DNA from: Candidatus Poribacteria bacterium
GTDB lineage: Bacteria; Poribacteria; WGA-4E; PCPOR2b
NCBI GenBank assembly: GCA_965215015.1
Contig: OZ244042.1
Location: forward strand, 288,001 to 352,000
Length of the DNA: 64,000 nucleotides
Direction of reading: 5' to 3'
Within the stretch, counting starts at the first letter, position 1, and each line of letters begins with the position of its first letter. This document shows, in pieces, positions 9,690 to 21,100 of this stretch. Made by a program: the position numbers and the translations under genes. The notes below the pieces were generated by a model. The model was not told the origin of the DNA. It made no database searches and saw only the letters and a program-made list of their open reading frames with translations.

Positions 9690-11180
9690 ATGACCATACC
9701 AACGATTATGGGGACCGAAACCGAATACGGCATTTCGGTCAAAAATGCGCGAGATCCCGATCCGGTGGCAGCCTCAACGCTTGTTGTCAATATCTATAAA
9801 GACCGGGGGATTAAGGGAATCACTTGGGACTATGATCAGGAAAGTCCCTTGATGGATGCCAGAGGGTTTGTTTCTGAAGGGGCAACGGACATCCCGGATC
9901 AGGAAAATAATAGCCTCATCAATGATGTCCTCGCCAATGGGGGGCGCTACTATGTCGATCACGCCCACCCAGAGTATTGTACCCCGGAATGCACCAATGC
10001 GCGCGATCTGGTCAAATATGAGAAGGCGGGAGAATTGATATTGGATTTGAGTCGTATGGCCGCCCAAGAGCTGTTGCCCACGAATCAGGAGATTATTATT
10101 TATAAGAACAACAGCGATTATAAGGGGCACAGCTACGGTGCTCACGAAAATTATCTAATGTCTCGGGATGTCCCCTTCCAAGACATTGTTGATGGCTTAA
10201 CGCCTTTTCTCGTGACGCGACAGCCCATCACAGGGAGTGGTAAAATCGGTGCTGAAAATGGCGCAGCGGAAACGGATTATCAAATCTCCCAACGTGCTGA
10301 TTTCTTCGAGACCGAAGTTGGATTAAGCACAATGGTGGCGCGCCCGATTATCAATACGCGGGATGAGCCACACGCTGATGAAATGCTATACCGTCGGCTG
10401 CACGTCATCGTCGGCGATTCCAACATGTCGGAATTTTCCATCTATTTGAAGGTGGGAATTACGTCAATTGTGCTGCAACTCATCGCAAAGGGGGTTATGG
10501 CGGATAAGTTCAGGCTCTCCGACCCTGTTTTGGCAATCAAAACGGTGTCCCGCGATCTTTCTTGTAAAGCACCTTTGGACTTAGAAGATGGTCGGAAATG
10601 GACACCCATTGAGATGCAGCGCGAATATCTTGAGCTAGCCCATAAGCACCTCTCCACAAAGGAATTGTCTGAGGTCGTGCGCGATGTCATAAAGACATGG
10701 GAATTTGTTCTCGACCGCCTCAACGAGGACCCGATGAGCCTAGATCGACACCTCGATTGGGTCATTAAGAAAAGACTGATTGATGCGTACCTGCGACGCC
10801 ACCGTTTAGCCCATTCAGACCACCAAGTTCGGATGTTAGACTTGCAGTATCACGACCTCCGCCCGAATAAAGGGCTTTACGCGAGGTTGCTGAAAAATGG
10901 ACGTGTTGAACGACTCCTCAAACATGAGGAAATCGTTCAAGCGATTAACAACCCACCTGTTGATACACGTGCCTATTTTCGGGGCATGTGTTTACAAAAG
11001 TATCCCAATGAAATTCACAGCGCAAGCTGGAATTCAATGATTTTTTGTACTGACAATTCTTCTTTAGATAAAATCTTAATGGATCGCCCCCACTTCGGGA
11101 CACAGGAGATGACGGGCAATCTACTGAGAGACTGCACGGCTGCAGAACTGGTTCAAGCCATTCTCACATCCAACCATTAG
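9690..11180 (+). CDS. dop: Depupylase/deamidase Dop
   Basis: MGTETEYGI, YVDHAHPEY, RPIINTRDEPHAD, TRAYFRG. Confidence 0.95.
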   Translation: MTIPTIMGTETEYGISVKNARDPDPVAASTLVVNIYKDRGIKGITWDYDQESPLMDARGFVSEGATDIPDQENNSLINDVLANGGRYYVDHAHPEYCTPECTNARDLVKYEKAGELILDLSRMAAQELLPTNQEIIIYKNNSDYKGHSYGAHENYLMSRDVPFQDIVDGLTPFLVTRQPITGSGKIGAENGAAETDYQISQRADFFETEVGLSTMVARPIINTRDEPHADEMLYRRLHVIVGDSNMSEFSIYLKVGITSIVLQLIAKGVMADKFRLSDPVLAIKTVSRDLSCKAPLDLEDGRKWTPIEMQREYLELAHKHLSTKELSEVVRDVIKTWEFVLDRLNEDPMSLDRHLDWVIKKRLIDAYLRRHRLAHSDHQVRMLDLQYHDLRPNKGLYARLLKNGRVERLLKHEEIVQAINNPPVDTRAYFRGMCLQKYPNEIHSASWNSMIFCTDNSSLDKILMDRPHFGTQEMTGNLLRDCTAAELVQAILTSNH

Positions 11181-11195
11181 AAGGAGGGAAGCAAC

Positions 11196-11393
11196 ATGCC
11201 AGCCGAAAAGCAACAGGAACAAAGAGACAAACAGACTCAGGATACTGAGGAAGTTCAACCGGATCAAGAAGTCGTAGAACAGGGCGAAGAGATTAAAGAA
11301 GATCTCGATCAACTCCTTGATGAAATCGACGAAATCTTGGAAGAAGACTCAGAAGAATTTGTCGAAAATTATATTCAGCGAGGAGGCGAATAG
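11196..11393 (+). CDS. pup: Prokaryotic ubiquitin-like protein Pup
   Basis: 65 aa acidic protein, LDQLLDEIDEILEEDSEEFVENYIQRGGE. Confidence 0.97.
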   Translation: MPAEKQQEQRDKQTQDTEEVQPDQEVVEQGEEIKEDLDQLLDEIDEILEEDSEEFVENYIQRGGE

Positions 11394-12232
11394 TGGTCTT
11401 TAGCCGCTCCGATCATAGAACCTCCGATTTCCTTGAGCTCTTGCAGAGGGAACGTCCGGAGCTTCTATCAAGGTTCGGTACAACGCCCGGGACGGACCCA
11501 CCCGCTCCAAACTGGAAAGGACAGCGTGTGCCAACTCCCAGTTTGATGGATCTTTACGATAACCTCCTTGAAGGAACCACCGTATTAGCCGCTGTCTACA
11601 ACGAGGGGGTTATCATCGCTGGAGACCGTCAGGCAACAGCAGGATTTCAAGTGGGGGAACGGCGTATACGGAAGGTCTATGAAGTAGATGCCTATTCAGC
11701 CATCGCAATTGCTGGCGTCGCCGGACCGGCCATGGAAATGGCGAAGCTCTTCCAGGTACAGGTGGAGTTTTATGAAAAAATAGAAGGCTCCCCCTTAAGC
11801 CTAGAGGGCAAAGCCAATTCTCTGTCAAACATGGTCAAATCCAATTTACCTATGGCGTTGCAAGGACTGGTGGTTGTTCCAATTTTCGCAGGATATGACC
11901 TCAAACGGAAACAGGGAAAGATCTTCAAATACGACGCGATAGGAGGGCAATACGAAGAAGGCGAATACTATGCCACCGGATCCGGCGGCAAAGATGCACA
12001 AGCGACACTAAAAAAATTGTATAGCCCCGATATCTCCCGCGATGACGTCCTGCAGATAGTTGTCGAGGCACTCTGGGATGCGGCCGATGAGGATGTGGCT
12101 ACAGGGGGACCTGATTTTATTCGGGAGATTTTCCCGACAATGAAGATTATTGATGCGACGGGAATCTCAGATATACCGGATTCAGAGGTCAAGGCACTCT
12201 ATACTGAGCTACTTGACAGACTCCGCGGTTGA
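11393..12232 (+). CDS. prcB: 20S proteasome beta subunit
   Basis: Propeptide followed by G|TTVLA, AGDRQATAG, ATGSG; GTG start overlaps the pup stop. Confidence 0.96.
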   Translation: MVFSRSDHRTSDFLELLQRERPELLSRFGTTPGTDPPAPNWKGQRVPTPSLMDLYDNLLEGTTVLAAVYNEGVIIAGDRQATAGFQVGERRIRKVYEVDAYSAIAIAGVAGPAMEMAKLFQVQVEFYEKIEGSPLSLEGKANSLSNMVKSNLPMALQGLVVVPIFAGYDLKRKQGKIFKYDAIGGQYEEGEYYATGSGGKDAQATLKKLYSPDISRDDVLQIVVEALWDAADEDVATGGPDFIREIFPTMKIIDATGISDIPDSEVKALYTELLDRLRG

Positions 12233-12296
12233 CTCCCGGTTTGAGCGGCTTTGAAAACTACTGATAATTAATACCTGCAATTTGAGGGAGGAGTAG

Positions 12297-13007
12297 ATGC
12301 CCGCACCGTATTACGTGTCGCCCGAGCAAATCATGCAGGAAAAAGAGGATTTTGCTCGGAAGGGGATTGAGAAGGCAAAAGAGGTTATTGTTCTAGAATA
12401 CCGAGATGGTATTCTGATGGTTGCAGAAAATCCGTTGGCGACGGTTTTCAAGATTTCGGAAATCTATGATCGGATCGCACTTGCAGCGACCGGACTCTAT
12501 CCGGACTACGAAGCCCTACGATATGCAGGGATTCAGGGTGCCGAAATCAAAGGGTTTACCTTTAACCGCGAAGATGTTACGGCAAAATGGCTCGCAAATC
12601 AGTATTCACAGCAGATTGGTGCAATCTATCGGCAACCTGATGCAAAACCCCTTGAGGTAGAACTCCTCCTCTGCGAAATCCGCGACGATTCTGCGTCGAA
12701 CAACAGAATCTATCACCTGTCTTTTGATGGTACGTTTTGGGAAGACAATGAATATACCGTCATCGGCGGAAGAGCGGATGAAATCGCAGGTATCCTCGAA
12801 AATGAGTATAGCAACGGTTTGGAGTTGAGCAGTGCTGTGAGGGTTGCTGCAAGGACTTTTGAAACGATAGAAGCCGAAGTCGGGGAAGCGGAACGATACC
12901 AAGTGACGGCTGAGACAATCGAAGTAGCCGTACTTGACCAAACTCTAAATCGGCGCAAATTTAGGCGGTTGCTGCCTGATGAACTGAGTGGGATCTTGAG
13001 CACATGA
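12297..13007 (+). CDS. prcA: 20S proteasome alpha subunit
   Basis: PYYVSPEQIMQEKEDFARKGI, KISEIYDRIA, KPLEVELL. Confidence 0.96.
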   Translation: MPAPYYVSPEQIMQEKEDFARKGIEKAKEVIVLEYRDGILMVAENPLATVFKISEIYDRIALAATGLYPDYEALRYAGIQGAEIKGFTFNREDVTAKWLANQYSQQIGAIYRQPDAKPLEVELLLCEIRDDSASNNRIYHLSFDGTFWEDNEYTVIGGRADEIAGILENEYSNGLELSSAVRVAARTFETIEAEVGEAERYQVTAETIEVAVLDQTLNRRKFRRLLPDELSGILST

Positions 13008-14362
13008 ACCGAAGGATTTATGGTCTGGAAAACGAATATGGAATTATCTGCACGTCGGATCGACGAGGTGGAAAAGCCTTGTCTATTCAAAATGCGGTGA
13101 TGTATCTGTTTCGAGAGATTATTTCCGGGCGGATGTATCCGGACGTTTTTCTAGAGAATGGTGCCCGGTTTTATCAGGATATCGGCTGCCACCCCGAATA
13201 TGCGACGCCTGAATGCGATAACGTGAGCGACCTTGTCAGCCACGATAAAGCCGGTGAGCGGATCATTGAACGGCTTTCTATTGCGGCAGAGCGGAAAATG
13301 CAAGCCGATGGATTTTTTGGACGGATTTCGGTCTTCAAGAATAATACCGATACACCCGGCAACACATACGGCTGCCATGAAAACTATCTGATGGATCGCC
13401 GTGTGAGCTTCCGTCAACTCGCTTCCCAACTCATCCCCTTCTTTGTGACCCGCCAAGTCTTTGCCGGGGCGGGGAAGGTCAAATCCACCAACCGAGGTGG
13501 ATACGCAATCTCCCAACGGGCGCAGCATATCCGTGAAGAAATCTCAATTGCAACGACAACAGCGCGAGGCATCATCAACACGCGAGATGAACCGCATGCT
13601 GACCGAGAAAAATATCGACGCCTGCACGTCATTGTCGGCGACTCCAACATGTCGGAGTTTGCTACCTACCTCAAGATTGGTACGACAGCAATCGTCTTGC
13701 GGATGATCGAAGATAACTTTATCAAGCAGCGTCTCGCGTTGCGCGATTCTGTCCGAGCAATTCAGCAAATCTCGGAGGATATCACCTGCACCCGGAAAAT
13801 TGAATTGGAAAATGGCAAGCGGCTTTCAGGCGTTGAGATGCAATGGGAATACCTTGAATGCGCCAAGCAGTATTTCGAGCAAGTCGAATCGGATCCAATC
13901 ACCGATCAGATTATGGCGCGGTGGGAATATGTGCTGACCTGTTTGGAAACCGATCCGATGCAGCTTGACCGAGAGCTTGATTGGGTCATCAAGAAGAAAT
14001 TGATTGAAATCTATGTGGCGAGCCGACAACTCAAGTGGAACTCCGCCAAAGTTATGATGCTCGACTTACAGTACCACAATATTCGGCCGGAGCTTGGATT
14101 ATATTACAAGCTCGAAAAAGAGGGGCGTGTTGAACGGATTGTCAGCGATAACGAGGTTGAACATGCGATGCATCACCCACCTGAAACTACCCGTGCCAAA
14201 TTCCGCGGCCGCTTTGTAAAGCTGGCAAATGAGCGAAAGATTCTGTGCGGCGTTAATTGGAGTTATATCCAACTTTACGAACCCTACCAAAAACTCTACC
14301 TTTCCACGGATCCCTTGCAAGCTGATTATGAAGAAGCTAGCCGAATGATTTATTCGATTTAG
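13004..14362 (+). CDS. pafA: Pup-protein ligase
   Basis: RRIYGLENEYG, FLENGARFY, HPEYATPEC, GCHENYL, PPETTRAKFRG. Confidence 0.96.
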   Translation: MNRRIYGLENEYGIICTSDRRGGKALSIQNAVMYLFREIISGRMYPDVFLENGARFYQDIGCHPEYATPECDNVSDLVSHDKAGERIIERLSIAAERKMQADGFFGRISVFKNNTDTPGNTYGCHENYLMDRRVSFRQLASQLIPFFVTRQVFAGAGKVKSTNRGGYAISQRAQHIREEISIATTTARGIINTRDEPHADREKYRRLHVIVGDSNMSEFATYLKIGTTAIVLRMIEDNFIKQRLALRDSVRAIQQISEDITCTRKIELENGKRLSGVEMQWEYLECAKQYFEQVESDPITDQIMARWEYVLTCLETDPMQLDRELDWVIKKKLIEIYVASRQLKWNSAKVMMLDLQYHNIRPELGLYYKLEKEGRVERIVSDNEVEHAMHHPPETTRAKFRGRFVKLANERKILCGVNWSYIQLYEPYQKLYLSTDPLQADYEEASRMIYSI

Positions 14363-14511
14363 CATAAGGTTCGGTTAACAACCAATTCGCCTCGCTATCC
14401 AAACAGGTAATGTCAGCCCCCGGAAACGTCATGCCCCGCCCAGATGTCTTGACAAATCTGCTGTTTATGCCAATCTGTCGTTAAGAGCTTTCTTGTTATG
14501 GAGGTGAATAG

Positions 14512-14931
14512 ATGCTCCCTAGGTATACGTTAAAAATAGGAATAGTGTTGTTAGTTGTTGTTGGGCTCATGATTGGGGTGTTTGGATGCGGAAGTGCTAT
14601 CAAGGACCTCGGTTTGGTATTTGACAACCCCGCGAGTGCTGGCAGATTAAGCCCCTCTTTTAACGCCGACATTTTGCCTATCCTTACCGATCGATGCGCT
14701 ATTGCAGAATGTCATGTCGTTGACGGACCGCACGATATTGATCTCCGCACGTATGAGACCCTCAGAGCGGGCGGGGAACACGGCCCAATCGTCATTGCAG
14801 GCGATGCCAGAGAGAGTGAAATGGTCGAAGAAATTGCGGAGGGCAAGATGCCCCCTGAGGGGCCTCCTTTGGAGGCAGCTCATATCCAACTCATCATCGA
14901 TTGGATCAATGAAGGTGCCAAGAATAACTAG
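14512..14931 (+). CDS. Lipoprotein c-type cytochrome (planctomycete cytochrome C-like domain)
   Basis: Lipobox FGC, FNADILPILTDRCAIAECH, GKMPP, IIDWINEGA. Confidence 0.75.
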   Translation: MLPRYTLKIGIVLLVVVGLMIGVFGCGSAIKDLGLVFDNPASAGRLSPSFNADILPILTDRCAIAECHVVDGPHDIDLRTYETLRAGGEHGPIVIAGDARESEMVEEIAEGKMPPEGPPLEAAHIQLIIDWINEGAKNN

Positions 14932-15046
14932 AACTTTTCGGTAGCATGGACGCGGTTCCTGTCCAAGATTTACCCAATATCTTCTGATAGAGGTGAACCA
15001 AAGGGTTCGCCGAATTGATGCACACGTAGGTTCAGTCCTATCAAGT

Positions 15047-15076
15047 ATCCCTCCCTTCGCGGAGGGATTTTCTTTG
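15047..15076 (+). terminator. Probable intrinsic terminator
   Basis: ATCCCTCC-CTTCGC-GGAGGGAT followed by TTTCTTT. Confidence 0.6.
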
Positions 15077-15141
15077 TTCAATCTCTAACGTAATTACATT
15101 GTTAAGCAAATGATATGACCAAAATATGACGGAGGTGTTTA

Positions 15142-17778
15142 ATGGCTCAAGATAAATACGTTTACTTCTTTGGCAGCGGTCAAACCGATGGCAGCGCGGA
15201 GATGAGAAGCCTGCTCGGCGGTAAGGGTGCTAACCTCGCTGAAATGACTAGTTTAGGAATCCCGGTCCCGCCCGGTTTCACTATATCGACTGAGGTTGGT
15301 AAGTTATATCATGAAAACAATAACCAGTATCCCGATGGACTGGACGAACAGATTGATGAAAATTTGGGAAAACTAGAAGCAGCGATGGAGGCGAAGTTCG
15401 GGGACACTGAGAACCCACTGCTCGTTTCTGTCAGATCCGGGGCAGCGGTTTCGATGCCCGGGATGATGGACACCATCCTCAACCTCGGCTTGAACGACGA
15501 CACCATCAAGGGGTTGACTGCAAAATCCGGGAATGAACGTTTCGCTTATGACGCCTACCGTCGATTTGTGCAGATGTTCGGGGATGTCGTCCTTGGCGTT
15601 GAGCACGATGCGTTTGAGCATCTCTTGGAAGCAAAGAAAGCAGCGAAAGGTACTACGCTCGATACGGAATTGGACGCGAACGATCTGGCGGAATTGGTTT
15701 CTGAGTTCAAGGCACTCGTCAAAGAGGAAACGGGATCGGATTTCCCCGATGATCCGCGTCAGCAGCTCGACAGGGCACGGGATGCAGTCTTTGAATCGTC
15801 AAACAATGAGCGGGCGACCATCTACCGTCGATTGAGTAACATCTCCGAAGAACTCGGACGAACGGCGGTCAATGTCCAAGCGATGGTTTTTGGGAATATG
15901 GGCGAAACATCGGGGACAGGGGTTGCGTTCACACGAGATCCCTCAACTGGCGAGAACTCTTTTTACGGCGAATTTCTGATGAACGCCCAAGGCGAGGATG
16001 TCGTTGCCGGGATCCGGACGCCGCTACCCATTGATGAACTCCAGCAGGTCATGCCGGCTGCGTATGAGCAGTTGACGGCGATTGGGGACACCCTAGAGGC
16101 GCATTACCGCGATATGCAGGATGTCGAGTTCACCATTCAGGACAAGCACCTTTATATGTTGCAAACTCGTAACGGCAAACGGACCGGTGCCGCTGCCGTG
16201 CGCACTGCCGTTGAAATGGTTAATGAGGGCCTCATTGACAAAGCAACGGCTCTGACCCGCATCCCACCGGATGATCTGGAGCAACTCCTCCACCCAATGA
16301 TTGATCCATCGGCGGCGGTGGAGCCGATTGCGAAGGGGCTACCCGCCTCCCCCGGTGCTGCTGTGGGCAAGGTGGTTTTCACGGCGAATCGTGCCGAAGA
16401 ACTGGCGGCTGACGGCGAAAAGGTGATTCTGGTCCGCACCGAAACGTCTCCAGAAGATATCGGGGGAATGCACGCCGCGGAGGGCATTTTAACTGCGCGG
16501 GGTGGGATGACCTCACACGCTGCTGTCGTTGCACGGGGTATGGGAAAATGCTGTGTCGCGGGGTGCAGTGACATCAGCGTCAACGAGGCATCGAACGAGT
16601 TTCAGGCGGGTAAACTTCGACTGACAGAGGGAGACTACATCACGCTCAACGGCTCCACCGGCGAGGTGATTGAGGGCGCGGTCAGGTTGATTGACCCTGA
16701 ATTGAGCGGCGACTTTGCCACACTCATGGAATGGGCAGACGAATTTCGTAAACTTGGGGTACGCACAAATGCGGATACGCCGAGCGACTCACAGACCGCG
16801 AGAGGATTCGGCGCGGAGGGGATCGGACTCTGTCGTACCGAGCACATGTTCTTTGAAAGCGAGCGGATCGATGCCGTCCGTGAAATGATCCTCGCAAAGG
16901 ATGAGGCAGGGCGCAAAGCAGCACTCGACAAACTCCTTCCATACCAACGTGAGGACTTCGTCGGTATCTTTGAGGCGATGGACGGTTATCCTGTTACCAT
17001 TCGGACACTTGATCCACCACTCCATGAGTTCTTGCCCCAAACCGATGAAGATGTCAAGGAACTTGCGGATAAGATCGGTGTCCCCGCTGAAACATTGTAC
17101 CAGCAAAGGGAGGCGTTGCACGAATTTAACCCGATGCTGGGCCATCGGGGATGTCGTCTCGGTATCATCTATCCGGAAATTACAGAGATGCAAGCGCAAG
17201 CGATTTTTGAGGCGGCTGTCGAAGTCACTAAACGCGGGGTTAAGGCAATCCCTGAGATTATGATCCCATTGGTTGGGCATGTTCAGGAATTAGCGTTGCA
17301 GCGTGAGGTGGTCGTCGATACAGCCAAAAAGGTGTTTGCGGAGACAGGCACTGAGGTCGAGTACCTTGTCGGGACGATGATTGAATTGCCGAGAGCCGCG
17401 ATTACCGCGAATGAAATCGCGCAGGAAGCGGAATTTTTCTCCTTCGGGACGAACGATCTCACACAGACTACCTTCGGGATGAGCCGCGACGATGCCGGCA
17501 AATTCTTGGGCGATTATGTAGATGGCGGCATCCTTGAACATGACCCGTTCCAGGTGCTGGATCAGCATGGCGTCGGTCAGTTGATACAGATCGGCACAAA
17601 CAAAGGACGTGAGACCCGCCCAGATCTCAAGGTCGGTATCTGCGGCGAACACGGCGGTGAGCCTAGCTCCGTTATCTTCTGCCACGATTCAGGTTTGGAC
17701 TATGTCTCTTGTTCGCCGTTCCGTGTACCCGTTGCACGGCTTGCTGCGGCACAAGCTGCCGTTGCTGATGAGTCCTGA
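15142..17778 (+). CDS. ppdK: Pyruvate, phosphate dikinase
   Basis: [38 protein letters not shown]. Confidence 0.98.
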   Translation: MAQDKYVYFFGSGQTDGSAEMRSLLGGKGANLAEMTSLGIPVPPGFTISTEVGKLYHENNNQYPDGLDEQIDENLGKLEAAMEAKFGDTENPLLVSVRSGAAVSMPGMMDTILNLGLNDDTIKGLTAKSGNERFAYDAYRRFVQMFGDVVLGVEHDAFEHLLEAKKAAKGTTLDTELDANDLAELVSEFKALVKEETGSDFPDDPRQQLDRARDAVFESSNNERATIYRRLSNISEELGRTAVNVQAMVFGNMGETSGTGVAFTRDPSTGENSFYGEFLMNAQGEDVVAGIRTPLPIDELQQVMPAAYEQLTAIGDTLEAHYRDMQDVEFTIQDKHLYMLQTRNGKRTGAAAVRTAVEMVNEGLIDKATALTRIPPDDLEQLLHPMIDPSAAVEPIAKGLPASPGAAVGKVVFTANRAEELAADGEKVILVRTETSPEDIGGMHAAEGILTARGGMTSHAAVVARGMGKCCVAGCSDISVNEASNEFQAGKLRLTEGDYITLNGSTGEVIEGAVRLIDPELSGDFATLMEWADEFRKLGVRTNADTPSDSQTARGFGAEGIGLCRTEHMFFESERIDAVREMILAKDEAGRKAALDKLLPYQREDFVGIFEAMDGYPVTIRTLDPPLHEFLPQTDEDVKELADKIGVPAETLYQQREALHEFNPMLGHRGCRLGIIYPEITEMQAQAIFEAAVEVTKRGVKAIPEIMIPLVGHVQELALQREVVVDTAKKVFAETGTEVEYLVGTMIELPRAAITANEIAQEAEFFSFGTNDLTQTTFGMSRDDAGKFLGDYVDGGILEHDPFQVLDQHGVGQLIQIGTNKGRETRPDLKVGICGEHGGEPSSVIFCHDSGLDYVSCSPFRVPVARLAAAQAAVADES

Positions 17779-17810
17779 AATGGTTAGGACAATTCACTGT
17801 GTAGGGGCAC

Positions 17811-18121
17811 CATCGCAGTTTGTAGTAGCGCAATTCATTGCGCGTTAGATCCTATGGCATGTAGTAGGCTTACTCAACCATATAAAGAAATAGTGCAAAC
17901 AAAACGAGTTGTTGCGGAAAAACTCGATCTCTCTAAGCTGCTCTGCACTTTCTTTCAAGCTCCCGTTGCTGAACATCGCAGTTTGTAGTAGCGCAATTCA
18001 TTGCGCGTTAAATGTTATGGCATGTCGTAGGCTTACTCAACCATATAAAGAAATAGTGCAAAGAAACCGAGTGTTTTCGGAAAAACTCGGTTTCTCTAAG
18101 CTGCTCTGCACTTTCTTTCAA
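17811..18121 (+). repeat. Two 148-bp direct repeats, each with a GTAG REP and a palindromic AGTGCA..CCGAG/CTCGG..TGCACT element
   Basis: 17811-17958 vs 17974-18121; related partial elements near 33490-33545 and 54403-54465. Confidence 0.85.
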
Positions 18122-18148
18122 CATGAACCAATTTTTTTATTATAGAAA

Positions 18149-21100
18149 ATGCCAACCCTCATCCTCAAACCCACCCACAAGCCCATCAAAGCCTACTACG
18201 CCGCAGTCAAGCAATTTGACCGGCTCGGCGTTACACACGAGACTGCTGTCCGATCGGCATTTCAATCCCTGCTTGAATATTGTGCACGACAGTTTAGCCT
18301 GACTCTGGTGCCTGAACATTCGATAACCGTCCATCGAAACAAGCGGATTGTGGTTGATGGTGCGTTGATCGACGATTTCCAACTGCCTCACGGCTATTGG
18401 GAGGCAAAGGATATCCACGACAACCTGCCAATCCAAGTCCAGCGCAAGTTTGAAGCAGGATACCCCCGCGACAATCTCCTCTTCCAAACGCCACAACGCG
18501 CCATTCTTTGGCAGAACGGTCAGCAGATGCTTGATGTCAATCTGAATGACCCGATGCAACTCATAGAGGTCCTCGAAACCTTCTTTTCCCACCGTTCGCA
18601 GGAATACACCCAATGGGAGGAGGCGGTTGCACAGTTCAAAGACAAAGTGCCCGCCCTCGGAGACAGTTTGGCAGCCCTGATCCAAAAGGAACGGGAGGCC
18701 AACCTCCACTTTACCACCGCGTTTGAGGATTTTTACGAGAAATGCCGTCAATCGATCAATCCCAACCTCTCCGAAGCTGCTGTTGAGGAGATGTTGATCC
18801 AACATCTGTTGACCGAGCGGATTTTCCGAACTGTCTTTAGCAACCCCGATTTCACTGACCGTAATGTCATCGCCCGCGAGATCGAGACCGTCATTAAGGC
18901 ACTCACAGAGCAAGCGTTTAGCCGGGACGATTTTCTGCGTAGCCTGGATCGCTTTTACCTCGCAATCGAACGGGCAGCCGCAACCATCAACGACTTCTCC
19001 CAAAAGCAGAGCTTCCTCAACACGGTTTACGAGCAGTTTTTTCAAGGCTTTTCGGTCCAGGTTGCCGATACGCACGGGGTAGTCTACACACCGCAACCGA
19101 TTGTCGATTTTATGGTGAGAAGCGTGGATCAGATATTAAAGACCGAATTTGGGAACGGGCACAGAGAACCGGCAGCCACGAGAGCTGCCACTACGATTTC
19201 GGATAGGGAGGTTCACATCATCGACCCGTTTGTGGGGACAGGCAATTTCATTGTGCGGATGATGCGGGAGATTCGCCCAACCGCACTTGAGGATAAATAC
19301 ACAGCAGAACTCCACTGCAACGAGGTGATGTTGCTGCCCTACTATATCGCCTCGATGAACATTGAGCATGAATTTTATGAGGCGATAGGCACGTATCGTC
19401 CCTTTGAGGGTATCTGCCTCGTGGATACCTTTGAACTGGCAGAGGACCGACAGTTGCCCCTATTCGCGCCGGAGAACACCCAACGCGTTGAGGCTCAGAA
19501 GAACACCCCGATGTTTGTCATTATCGGCAATCCACCCTATAACGTCGGTCAGGTCAACGATAGCGACAATAACAGGAATCGGAAATACCCAGCGATGGAC
19601 GCACGGGTTGCAGAAACCTATGCAAAAGATTCCAAGGCGAAGCTCAAAAGTAAACTCTACGATCCGTATGTAAAAGCAATTCGGTGGGCATCGGATCGGA
19701 TTGGGGAGAAAGGGGTTGTCGCCTTCGTGACCAACAACAGCTTTCTTGACGGTGTGGCGTTTGATGGAATGCGGAAACACCTTGCAGATGATTTCGACGC
19801 GATTTATATTTTGGACTTGGGCGGAAATGCACGGAAGGGATTGAAGGCCTCGGATGCCAATGTGTTCGGGATACGGGTCGGCGTGAGCATCAACCTATTT
19901 GTGAAGAACGGATGGGCGATGAATCGCCCTACTACAAACAGAGGGGGCTCGGTCTCTGCTCGTATCTTTTACTATCGCACCGATGACCAATGGAACAAAA
20001 AACGAAAGTTCGATTTTCTGAATGAGTATGGACATATAGGCAATGTAGATTGGCAGACTATTTGTCCCGACGCGCGCCACACATGGTTGACAGAGGGGCT
20101 CCACGCCGAATTTGAAACCTTTATCCCAATGGGAAGTCAGGAAGCGAAGGCAGGAAAAGGCGAGGCGGTAGGTGTGATTTTCAAAACTTATAGCCTCGGC
20201 ATCAACACTGCCCGGGACGCATGGGCGTACAACTTTAATCGAAACGCTTTGGCTGAAAACATAAGTGGAATGATTGATACCTACAATGCAGAAGTCGATC
20301 GATGGAAACGTCAAGTCAATTGGAACGCAAATGTCGATGATTTTGTGGTTTATGATGACAAGAAAATCAAGTGGGATCGGGAATTAAGACAGCACTTAAA
20401 ACGAGAGAGAATCGCCGAATATACCGAACACAAGGTGAGAAGTTCATTCTACCGTCCTTTCACAAAATCAAATCTCTACTTTGATCGGGTTATGAACAAT
20501 CGCGTGTATGTGTTTCCATCTATCTTCCCCACACCAGAGGCCGAAACAGAAAATCGGGTGATTTGTGTTGCTGGTATTGGTGATAGAAAAGGCTTTGGCT
20601 GTCTTATAACAAATAGGATTCCTGCCCTTGATTTGGCCTTTGAAAAGGCCCAATGCTTCCCCTTTTACACCTACGACGAGGACGGAACGAACCGCCGCGA
20701 AAACATCACCGATTGGGCGTTGGCACAATTCCGAACACATTACCGAGACGACACCATTACCAAGCACGACATTTTTCATTACGTCTACGCCCTCTTGCAT
20801 CACCCCGACTATCGGGAACGGTATCAAGCGAACCTCAAGCGCGACCTGCCGCGCCTGCCGTACACCCCCGACTTTTGGGGGTTTGCCAAAGCGGGACAAC
20901 GGTTAGGGGAAATCCACATCGGCTATGAGGAGATGCCCGAATATCAGCTCACATTCATCGAAAACCGTGAGGTGCCGCTCGATTGGCGTGTGGAAAAGAT
21001 GAAACTGTCCAAAGACAAAACGCAAATCAAATACAACGACTTCCTAACCCTCGACGGGATACCCGCGAAGGCGTTTGAGTATCGACTTGGGAATCGGTCC

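Noticed and set aside
11196-11393. UBact instead of Pup
   Set aside because: The sequence has the Pup DEIDxxLE..EEFV..Y.Q.GGE signature, not the UBact C-terminal pattern
18140-19096. 318-aa antisense ORF
   Set aside because: Shadow of the R-M gene with no recognisable motifs
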